From Paramoeba atlantica (Eukaryota; Protista; Discosea), in NCBI GenBank assembly GCA_977017575.1, contig CDRNVI010000013.1, positions 1 through 64,000 of the forward strand: a stretch of DNA of 64,000 nt, given 5' to 3'. The notes under the pieces were generated by a model, which was not told the origin of the DNA, did not search any database, and worked only from the letters and a program-made list of their open reading frames with translations. Of the stretch, positions 1 through 9,367 are shown in pieces. Position 1 is the stretch's first letter. Each line of letters begins with the position of its first letter. Position numbers and translations under genes: made by a program.

Positions 1-510
1 CCTCTTTCCTTCCTCTTTCTTCCTCTTTCTTCCTCTTTCTTCCTCTTTCTTCCTCTTTCTTCCTCTTTCTTCCTCTTTCTTCTTTCCTCTTTCTTCCTCT
101 TTCTTCCTCTTTCTTCCTCTTTCTTCCTCTTTCTTCCTCTTTCTTCCTCTTTCTTCCTCTTTCTTCCTCTTTCTTCCTCTTTCTTCCTTCTCTTTCTTCT
201 TCCCCTCTTTCTTCCTCTTTCTTCCTCTTTCTTCCTCTTTCTTCCTCTTTCTTCCTCTTTCTTCCTCCTTTCTTCCTCTTTCTTCCTCTTTCTTCCTCTT
301 TCTTCCTCTTTCTTCCTCTTTCTTCCCCTCTCTTTCTTCCTCTTTCTTCCTCTTTCTTCCTCTTTCCCTCTTTCTTCCTCTTTCTTCCTCTTTTCTTCCT
401 CTTTCTTCCTCTTTCTTCCTCTTTCTTCCTCTTTCTTCCTCTTTCTTCCTCTTTTCTTCCTCTTTCTTCCTCTTTCTTCCTCTTTCTTCCTCTTTCTTCC
501 TCTTCTTCTT
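1..510 (+). repeat. Pyrimidine-only decamer tandem repeat (CTTCCTCTTT)n
   Basis: About 50 near-perfect 10-bp units with small indels; runs off the left edge of the window. Confidence 0.97.
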
Positions 511-671
511 CTTTTCTTCTCGGCGTAAAGCATCCACCTCATCTCCTTGTTACTAAAGGGCACATTCGAGGCATCATAAAAACTCCCAAGACGCGAGACA
601 AAACCACTTTCAGAAAAACGGAAGAGGCGGACCATAGGGTACACGACAATGAGTTACGCGATAGGGAAGAT

Positions 672-3320
672 TTGCTTGCAATGGAGCTTGATCCATGTTT
701 GACGCAACTAACGACAACCCAAATACAGACTGCGTCCGCTGGATCCACGATTCACGACCAAGCTGCCCCCTATCCCCCACCATCGCAACAAAGAGGAATG
801 CCCCCAGCAACCAATTCTGCAGAGAACGCTGTCTCAGCAGAATTGAGTCAAGGACAACGGGAAGATGGGTACTCCGGCTCACAAGGCGCATCTTTTCCTC
901 TCAACGGAGACGATTCTCGACAGTGCCCGGCTCAGGGATGTTCATGGCGGAGCTTGCCACATGGCGGGTCGTGGCAAGCTTTTTACAACCACGTCGCTTG
1001 CCGGCACGGAAGCAGCATTCCCGCAGAGTGGTGGGATGGAGAAGGTCGCTTCCTTTGTTCTTCTTGCGGGCGAAACTACGACAAAAACAAACGTTCATAT
1101 CACTCCCATAGCTTCAAAGCAACAAAGGCCTCTCCGCCATCCGAGCTTCATGCGCAAACCCTTCCTGACGCGGAGATCCCAGGACGGAGAGCCGGAATCA
1201 CTCAGTTTGAGCTTCCATCTTTATCAACTATCTGCTCGCTACCGCTTAGTACATGCAAGGACGTACCACATCGATGCCGCCAGCTGTGGGGTGAAATTCT
1301 TACGGAGACCATGGATAACGCCGTCAAAGACAATTCACTGCAGTCGTGGACCTTGCTGGCCATGCTACCCAAATGTGTCCTCCCCGCCCCACGCCGTGGA
1401 GGTCGCAAAGGCCACATGGCATATGCTTCCCACGCCTACAGTTGCATGCAGCGTTGGCTTGCGTTGGATTATTCCCTCCTCTGGAAAGAGGCCTTGACGA
1501 CCTACCGCAAAAAGGAAGCAACACCTACCGAGGTTAGTGATGAAGAAGAGAAAGCCACACTAAGGGCAGAACTCCTCGTTCGGCATGGGGAATATTCCAG
1601 AGGCTTGGCTGCTCTAACGTCGGATCCCATGGCTCCGGACGATGATGACACGTTCTCTAAGCTACAAGAAAAACACCCCTGCCGTCTGCTCATCCCTGGG
1701 AGCGTCAACCACTTCCCCGCTGCAGCACCACTGGAGTTGGATGAATCCGAAATTGAGAAGGCGGTAAAGGGTTTTCACCGAGGCTCCTCCGCGGGCACAA
1801 TGGGACTGCGCCCCGAGCACTTACAAGCGGCGATACTTACCCACGGAGGCAAGAACGTTAATTCACTCCAGTCTCTAACGAAGCTGGCGAATCACCTCCT
1901 AGCGGGAAAAGCACCAGTGGAAGTACAGAGCCACTTTGCTGGAGCCCGGCTGTGCGCTTTAGAGAAAGGCGAAAACGACGTCCGCCCAATTGCCGCATGA
2001 GAAACTGTGAGACGGTTGGTGAGCAAGGCTGCGTGCAACGCGGTTCGGTCCAAAGCTAGTACTCTTTTCGCTGGTCGGCAATATGGTGTAGCTACACCAG
2101 CAGGGGATGAGCGCATAATCCACATGTGCCGCTTGGCTATTTCATCGAACATGGGTTGCCCCAATTTTGTACTATGCAAAGTTGACCTCCGAAACGCGTT
2201 CAACAACGTGAGCAGAGCTTGCTTTCTACCTCTAGTCCAGGAACATTTCCCTGAGCTATTCCCATGGATAAACTGGTGCTACGCAAATCCCAGCTCCCTT
2301 ACCTACGGACTCCGATCACTTTCTTCCGAAGAAGGAGTGCAGCAGGGCGACCCTTTAGGACCACTACTCTTCTCATTAGTGTCCTTAGCGCTCTCAGAAG
2401 CAATCGATCTTCAGGCGGACCTCTTCGCCCAGCTATGGTACCTCGACGACGGTGTCCTCATTGGCCAGGCGCAAGACGTCAGGAACGCCCTCGACACGAT
2501 TGCCAGAGTAGGTCCGCAATGGGGCTTATTCCTTAACATGTCTAAATGTGAGATCATTACACCCCCGACCTCGGCACACCACGCCTCTGAATTTCCAGAC
2601 ATACCCGTCAATAAGATCAACGTCCATGGCAATTTCGACATCCTTGGAAGCCCGGTGGGATCGCCCGAACATTGCTCAGAGTATCTCGCGATCCACGCCA
2701 TAGGCCCCGCTGAGGATACGCTCGACGCGATCGCCACCATTCGGGACCCACAGGTCGCACTTGCTCTTATCAGGCAGTGTGCCGGTTTCTGCCAGATGGT
2801 CTACGCCCTGAGAAGCACACCACCCCAAACCATAGCCCATCTCTGCGCCCGACTCGACGATTTTCTTATGACCGCCACCGAAGCTATAATTTGCCCCCTG
2901 GACCCCTACGCCCGATCTCAGGCACAACGTTTGAAGCGGCATGGCGGTTTTGGGTTAAGATCCGCAGCGTTACACGCCACTGCCGCATACGTATCTTCCG
3001 TCGCCTTCTCTGCGGATAAAGATTCATGGAACCCCTCTGATGCGGATGGATTTGTGGAAGCTGTCAGGGACATCAATCAGAAAGCTGGAACATCTTTACT
3101 TGATCCCCGAGGTCGGATCCTTACAACGCCGAACGCCCCTTGCGAAAAAGCAGTGAGTAGTCCCTTCTTTTACCGAAAAAGGAAACGTACGCTAAGTATC
3201 AACGATGACCCTCCCTCAGAGAACTCCCTACCACCCGCGCTCCGTACAACTTCCCGCACCATGCACATCCCTGAAGATATCCACTTATCTACAACCAACC
3301 AACCAACCAACCAACACTGA
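672..3320 (+). pseudogene. CRE-clade (Cnl1/MoTeR-like) non-LTR retrotransposon ORF, interrupted and 3'-truncated
   Basis: ORFs 672-2000 and 2007-3320 are in one frame, split by TGA at 1998-2000 where Gly is expected (RPIAA*ETVRR). Motifs: Cys/His finger (CPAQGC..HVACRH), WTLLAMLPKCVL..PRRGG, DLRNAFN, GVQQGDPLGPLLF, WYLDDG, LNMSKCE. No REL domain is seen, and similarity appears to end near 3140. Confidence 0.88.
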
Positions 3321-3635
3321 GATGTTAGCCCAGTTAAAGGATTCAAAAATTTCCCCTAAATATTTCCACCCTCAAAATATCAACACAGAACACACTTACA
3401 GAAAATTTTTCAAAAACAAACAGACTTTCAATTTCAAGCCTCCTAATCAATCGATCTCTATGAACCATTAGTACTTAGCTTTTGAACACTATAAGACAAC
3501 TCACCGTCGCAATCACGTCAGCGAACGTAATTCTTTAATTCACCAAATCTGATGGTAATTAACTTAAATATAACAGAAGCATAGGCTCCAATAGCATCTC
3601 TCAAAGTTAAGTCAAGGAAAGTTAATGTCGTAAGG

Positions 3636-6600
3636 CTAATTCTCCCGCTTATTTCCATGCTTTTTTACATCAATTATACTCTTGTCTTTTCCTTTAGCTG
3701 TAAAACAAGGTTTTTTCTTTGATGTCCTTTTCACTCTCTTTTGTGACTCCTTTTCTTTTTCTGGTTCACTCTTTGTCTGGGATGATGATAAGTCCAAACT
3801 TGTATCTTTTAGACGCTTCATTTGCGGTTTATTTCGTTTCACCTCAATGCTTACGTTCGAATTGGTTATCTGTGGGGGGCTGGAAATTAAGTTGATACCC
3901 TTTGTCTTCTTATGTAAAGAAGCTTTGCGTATGGGAGATTTCGTCCTCTTTTCATTTATTCGAATGCTCCGTTTGGGTTGTTTCGTTGAACGTGAATCGT
4001 TTGAGTTTTCCGACAAAGGGGGCCCCGTAGATACAGGTACTGCTCTTTGGTTTGTGCCTTTTCTAGTCCTCTGAGTTTTAAGACATCTTGAGGTATTATT
4101 TTGCTCTGATTTCCTCTTTGCATTGCCGTGCAATATATCCCCATAGTATTTTATAGCTAGTTCATTTCCTTCCAGCTTGCACGCCTTTTTGGCTAAATAA
4201 TCTGCGGTATCGTTGTACATATTTTCATTGTGTGATTTGACCTTGATACAGTAGAATTTTTTAGTATGTTTTGTACTGTAGTAAGCGTTTTGAAGGGATC
4301 GCATTGCTTCGCACCCTTTGAATGAGTGGAACCCAATGAGCCGATACCGATGCACAGTTTCGTGGAAGAAATCCCATATGTACTCTGAATCCGTGTGAAG
4401 TATTACATCTCCCTCGTAGTTGCTAGCCAGAGAAATTGCCTCGACAACAGCATATGCCTCTATAGATTGTATGGAATCACAGAATTTTTCCGGAGGTCTT
4501 GTCCCGTAGAATAATGTACGTTCGTTGTTTCGTATTATTACTATGCCGCATCCTTGGAGTTGTTTCTTTGTACCCGGAATGAGCGACCCATCCGTATATA
4601 AGTGTGTTTCCGAGTCGCTTATGGGAAAAGGGGTGCTACTTTCTTCCACGTACTGTAGAGTTTGATAGTCCTTGTTTTCCAATATCTTTTTAATACTTTT
4701 TTCCCAAGCAGGAGAACAAGACTTTGTGTAAGAAGGCCGTGGTTCCAGCTCCACCTGTAGTTTTTCCAGTTTCTTCCGCCATGTGGGGCGATCTTGTCCA
4801 AGTTGTAGAATTTCAGTAACATCAGAGTGTAGTTCGTGGGCACACCGTTCGGACAATGTTGGTTTAGAGGCCTCATCATTTGTTCTCCATAGTACTGCTG
4901 TAGTAAACGGTGTAGGATGGCGCACAAGATGCCCTATTAAGGAAGCTCTCTGTGTCTTAATTACTGTTTCCGGTTTTAAGTCAGTAGGATAAAGCGATTC
5001 CGTTCTGAGATGAGAGTCACAAGCACTTTTTACGCCAAATACAATTCTGCGCATTCTATTTACTTGAACTTGAATATCGTGAAGTTCTGTCTGATTGACA
5101 TTCCATGTGCCAGGGTTGTAGTACACGACGGATTGAACGAGTGTTTTGAAAATTTGAAATTTGCAATGAGAGGAGATAGAGGACTTCCATATGGCGCGAA
5201 GCTTGTGAATTACACCCCATCCTAGTCGCAGTCTTTCCTTGGTGGACGTACAGGTATCCTCGGTGTTCTGCGTGCTGCCAAGATATCTGTACTTTTGTAC
5301 TCTAGGAATTTCCCCTAATCCGTCTATTTCTAGTGCGGTATTATCATCCTTCACCTTTCCAAGTGTCATCCAAGCCGTTTTCTGTGGACCAACATTGATT
5401 TTAAGGTTTGCCTTTTCTGCTGAAGCACATAAATTGGTAAGCATGATTTTTAATTCAGGTTTCGTTGCAGCAAACAATACAATATCATCCGCGTAATCAA
5501 TGTCAGAAATTCTCAGTTCTTTGAGTCCTCGACTTTTTGTCCCGGATGTGTGCGTTACCAGCCCGAGCTTGTTCATGTCAATAGCCTCTACCAAAATTCG
5601 GTCCAGAACCATAACAAATAAGTAAGGAGCTAGAACATCTCCTTGAAGAGTGCCGCTTACAATAGGAAAATCTTCCGTTGTTCCGTAAGGGGTCCGTACA
5701 TGAGATCGAAGATTTTTGTAAATTGACATCACAGCTGCACTCAGTTTTGGAGGTATTTCAAAAGCTCGGAGAGCCTCTTTTATGGAGTCGAACGATATTG
5801 ATGGAAAGGCTTGCTTGAAGTCTACGAAACATGCGTACACGCCTGTTCCTCTGTGCGATTTGCTTGCAATCTCCATAAATGTTGCCTGCGCGCCTGCTGT
5901 AGATCGATTCGGGCGGAAACCAAATTGGTTCCCACGGAGAGACTTCTCTACTGCTGGTTGGATGCGGTTTAGGATCATTCTGTTCAACACTTTAACCACA
6001 TGGTTGACAAGGCATATTGGTCTCCAATTTCCCAGTGATTGCAAGTTTCCCTTTTTTGGCAGCGGTACCTGTAATATGGACTTCCAAGATTGTTCCGCGT
6101 TCCCAGATTCATGAACATCGTTCATTATATCAAGCAAAACAGTTCTCAACTCGCTGTCATCTGAAATTGCTCTGAGCGCCTCGATAGGTATGCTATCAGC
6201 CCCAGGAGATTTTCCCGATTTGACCATTTGAAGAGCTGAAGACAATTCTTCTGGGCGAAATTTTCCGTCGTCAATCTGTTCTAAGCGTTTCGGTGCCTTT
6301 GGAAATCGAATGGTGCCTTTTTCAGCCACTGTCTCGTGTCCGACTTTCGAAAAATGATTTCTAACTGCTTCGAGACTTTCTTTGGCAGTTCTCCCAAATA
6401 TTGCAAATTCACTTCTATTATCCCCAACAATATTTCGTATGGTTCTATACGCTGATTTAGGCGTCGATTTTAGTTCCTTTTCCAAAATTTCACACTCAGT
6501 TAAAATAGATGTCTCAATTCGATCAGAAAATATCTTAGTCGCATGTTTAAATTCACTTTTGCTGGCAACTACTTTCATAATATTCTTTAAGTTTAACACA

Positions 6601-7946
6601 TCTGGGTCAATTTCCGAAAGAGCCGCATTATCCGCATTTTTGGGAAGCCTTTTTGGAAGAGTATTTGAGGTGGAATGGATTGCCTCGGCTAGTTTTTCCC
6701 AACTTACTTTGATGTTTTCGACTTCAAGATGAGGAGTAGTTGCAGTTGCAGTTTCGTTTGTTGAACGTATTCTTTTCGGAGCATGTTTCAGGGCTTTCTT
6801 AACTCCGGTTGCAAAATTGCTCTTAATGTCATCATTCCTAAGCGCAGACCAGAAGGGCGGCTGTAGTTTCTTTTCTTGTTTTTTCCAACGAAAATTAAAG
6901 TTTGAAGATAGTACGCAGTGTCTGGTTGGAATAGGGGGGATGCAAACCTTTTGTTTACGTATCGACGAGAAAAATCGACGATTTACAATTATATGATCTA
7001 GTTGTTTTGTCAATCCTTCTGGATATTTTTTGGACTTTGGAAAGCGATATGTCCACTTGCGCCGCGCACAGCACCCTTCATGTGCAGACTGGGCGCCCAT
7101 TGAATGCAACAAACTGCGTAGCGCCTTAGTCCGCTTAGTGCGGCATTTCCAGCCTCGTACTGTAAGAAGAGGTGCATTTAAATCTCCGCAAATGATTTTC
7201 ACAGGGCTTTTATCATCATACCAGGCATCAAACAAATTTTCATCAAAGGTACCTTGGATCGATGTGTTAGCTGTTGCAGTGGGGGAGTACACATTGAACA
7301 AGCATGCCTTGGTATTCTCCAGAAGAAGGTTAGCCTTCATTATTCGATCACTAACTTTCTCAACATTGAGAGGGTATCTGCTGATTATTGCCATTCCGTT
7401 GTATCCGTTAACAGCACTCATCAGATAAAGGTGAATAAGAATTCCGTTAAGAAAAAGCTTACGATGTAAGATGGGATCGTCACCTTGGAACGTCAGCCTC
7501 GTTTCCTGCAGATTCATAATGTCAGCACATTGACTCTTCATGAAGCCTACGATCTGATGTAGTCTAATTGACTTTCTGAGCGTAAATGTATCCGTTGCCT
7601 TTACCTTTAGGGTATCAACATTTAGAGTACTAATCGTGAACCCCCCTCTCATAGCGCTCATCTTGGGCTGCTCTCGGTAGCCACCTCGAGAACAGTATTT
7701 GCGTTTCTTGTTTTTCTTTTCCTTTCTCGCTTTCCCTAAAAACCCAACTCTACCACCTGATACAAGTATCCGTGGATCTTTCGGAGGAAAGGGAAACAGA
7801 CGATCTTTTATTACATCGTACTTAACAAGGCGGGTACCATCATCAAGAACAGATATAACAACCCCCTCCCATAACCTCGTACGTTCATCATACGACTTGC
7901 ACCAAGTAATAGCGAAACGTTTAGTAGGGACCATAAGATTGGTCAT
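3636..7946 (-). CDS. APE endonuclease-RT-RNase H polyprotein of an ingi/RTE-like non-LTR retrotransposon (about 1436 aa from ATG 7946)
   Basis: APE: TLNVDTL, LQETR, NVYSPT, GDLNA, QLDHI. RT: PKKGNL..NWRPICL, QFGFRP, FVDFKQAF, GTLQGDVLAPYLF, YADD, YRYLG. RNase H: LYTDGS, EAYA, HTDS, VKSH, NDTAD. The track ORF start at 8282 runs through satellite and YR-repeat DNA and is not the true start. Confidence 0.92.
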   Translation of the reverse strand: MTNLMVPTKRFAITWCKSYDERTRLWEGVVISVLDDGTRLVKYDVIKDRLFPFPPKDPRILVSGGRVGFLGKARKEKKNKKRKYCSRGGYREQPKMSAMRGGFTISTLNVDTLKVKATDTFTLRKSIRLHQIVGFMKSQCADIMNLQETRLTFQGDDPILHRKLFLNGILIHLYLMSAVNGYNGMAIISRYPLNVEKVSDRIMKANLLLENTKACLFNVYSPTATANTSIQGTFDENLFDAWYDDKSPVKIICGDLNAPLLTVRGWKCRTKRTKALRSLLHSMGAQSAHEGCCARRKWTYRFPKSKKYPEGLTKQLDHIIVNRRFFSSIRKQKVCIPPIPTRHCVLSSNFNFRWKKQEKKLQPPFWSALRNDDIKSNFATGVKKALKHAPKRIRSTNETATATTPHLEVENIKVSWEKLAEAIHSTSNTLPKRLPKNADNAALSEIDPDVLNLKNIMKVVASKSEFKHATKIFSDRIETSILTECEILEKELKSTPKSAYRTIRNIVGDNRSEFAIFGRTAKESLEAVRNHFSKVGHETVAEKGTIRFPKAPKRLEQIDDGKFRPEELSSALQMVKSGKSPGADSIPIEALRAISDDSELRTVLLDIMNDVHESGNAEQSWKSILQVPLPKKGNLQSLGNWRPICLVNHVVKVLNRMILNRIQPAVEKSLRGNQFGFRPNRSTAGAQATFMEIASKSHRGTGVYACFVDFKQAFPSISFDSIKEALRAFEIPPKLSAAVMSIYKNLRSHVRTPYGTTEDFPIVSGTLQGDVLAPYLFVMVLDRILVEAIDMNKLGLVTHTSGTKSRGLKELRISDIDYADDIVLFAATKPELKIMLTNLCASAEKANLKINVGPQKTAWMTLGKVKDDNTALEIDGLGEIPRVQKYRYLGSTQNTEDTCTSTKERLRLGWGVIHKLRAIWKSSISSHCKFQIFKTLVQSVVYYNPGTWNVNQTELHDIQVQVNRMRRIVFGVKSACDSHLRTESLYPTDLKPETVIKTQRASLIGHLVRHPTPFTTAVLWRTNDEASKPTLSERCAHELHSDVTEILQLGQDRPTWRKKLEKLQVELEPRPSYTKSCSPAWEKSIKKILENKDYQTLQYVEESSTPFPISDSETHLYTDGSLIPGTKKQLQGCGIVIIRNNERTLFYGTRPPEKFCDSIQSIEAYAVVEAISLASNYEGDVILHTDSEYIWDFFHETVHRYRLIGFHSFKGCEAMRSLQNAYYSTKHTKKFYCIKVKSHNENMYNDTADYLAKKACKLEGNELAIKYYGDILHGNAKRKSEQNNTSRCLKTQRTRKGTNQRAVPVSTGPPLSENSNDSRSTKQPKRSIRINEKRTKSPIRKASLHKKTKGINLISSPPQITNSNVSIEVKRNKPQMKRLKDTSLDLSSSQTKSEPEKEKESQKRVKRTSKKKPCFTAKGKDKSIIDVKKHGNKREN

Positions 7947-8107
7947 TCGAAACAGGGCACGCGGTCGGAGTTTGGCTACTCCCCATTCCCGCTTCGGGGG
8001 CAAGAACAGGTTTCCTCGACAACACGTGGCCGATCGAAGTCTTTGTTTGACCGCCAACAAAGCCCCGAACGGTCCGAACGCCTCCGGCCATTCTTTATTA
8101 AAATGCA

Positions 8108-8132
8108 TTAATAAAAAACGTTGTCTTAATAA
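8108..8132 (+). repeat. Remnant (about 1.4 units) of the 18-bp satellite between the ingi-like 5' end and a YR element 3' end
   Basis: TTAATAAAAAACGTTGTCTTAATAA. Confidence 0.9.
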
Positions 8133-9367
8133 GAAATCCACGCCGAGGGGGCTCCATGAAACATATAAGTAACAAACAAATATAAGCAAATACCTATGAC
8201 TAATATAATCACACTTCCAAATCGTCCCAAAATCAAAGAACGCATAATACGATATATAGATAGAATTCACATGCACAAACATAGTTCAAAAGAAAGCCTG
8301 CATAAAACAAATAATCATGTGTCACGTTGTTAACGGGATTCCCCCCCACCGGAACCCTCGGCCAAATGGCTGGGGGCTTGGTGGGTGGGCACAAAAACTT
8401 AAAGCGAAGTAAATAACAACCTAACAAGGATATATAAGATAATAGTAAATACCCAGCCCATGTAAAATTCGGAATACAAATCATAATTCGAAGAAACTAT
8501 GTGCCCCTAAGGGCCAGCAGGCAAATACATAACAGCCCCTCGGCTAAATTTCAAAACGTGGACTATTAGAAATCCACGCCGAGGGGGCTCCATGAAACAT
8601 ATAAGTAACAAACAAATATAAGCAAATACCTATGACTAATATAATCACACTTCCAAATCGTCCCAAAATCAAAGAACGCATAATACGATATATAGATAGA
8701 ATTCACATGCACAAACATAGTTCAAAAGAAAGCCTGCATAAAACAAATAATCATGTGTCACGTTGTTAACGGGATTCCCCCCCACCGGAACCCTCGGCCA
8801 ACCTGCCCACACACACGTCACACAATCAATATAAATAACAAAGAAATGCCCAATCACATAGTAAAATAATTTTTCATATACCATCCCAGAACTCACAAAA
8901 GGATAACGATAGCAATAGATGACCAGTCCACTGCCACGCCCTTTACAAGCTCACACGAGCTACGCAGGTTACGCTTTTAACCTCTGCCCTAGGCCAACTT
9001 GTGTACCTAGAAGTGTGGAGCAACTAGGCGTGATGCGTAGGGCCGTGTCAACAGTGACGCGGCTAAAAAACATTAAGGCGCTAACCGCAGAGCAAAGGAA
9101 ATCTTTACCCATCTCTACCTCACATTGGGGAACCTTGCTTCTGAAAAAACAAGGCGTGAGAATAAAGAGCTGTTAACCGATTAACATCCATAACCTTCCA
9201 AAATTATAGGGACAACCTCCAAACCCCAGGACCCCGTCCGCTTATTTTTTTTTTTTTTTTTTGTCTTTGTTTTTTTGTCTTTGTTTTTTTTTCTTTTTTT
9301 CTTGTCTTTGTTTTTTTTCTTTTTTTCTTGTCTTGTTTTTTTTTTTTGTATTTGGTGATCCTGTCCC

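Noticed and set aside
1998-2000. Stop-codon reassignment (Blastocrithidia-like code)
   Set aside because: The in-frame TGA replaces a conserved Gly (GGA to TGA), not Trp, and other ORFs terminate normally at TAA, TAG and TGA.
3140-3320. Possible YR 3'UTR relic resembling 50590-50690 (AGGGAGTTCTCT)
   Set aside because: Only short word matches; no junction motif or longer alignment is visible.
3682-7469. Numerous short antisense and alternate-frame ORFs in the track
   Set aside because: They are shadows of the long retroelement ORFs with no motifs. Only the conserved YR/pol overlap is treated as dual coding.
7930-8107. HDV-like ribozyme / Pr77-type signature at the ingi-like 5' end
   Set aside because: Local pairings exist (GGCCG/CGGCC, GCGGTC/GACCGC), but I could not assemble the P1-P2-P3-P1.1-P4 order by eye. 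A covariance-model search is needed.
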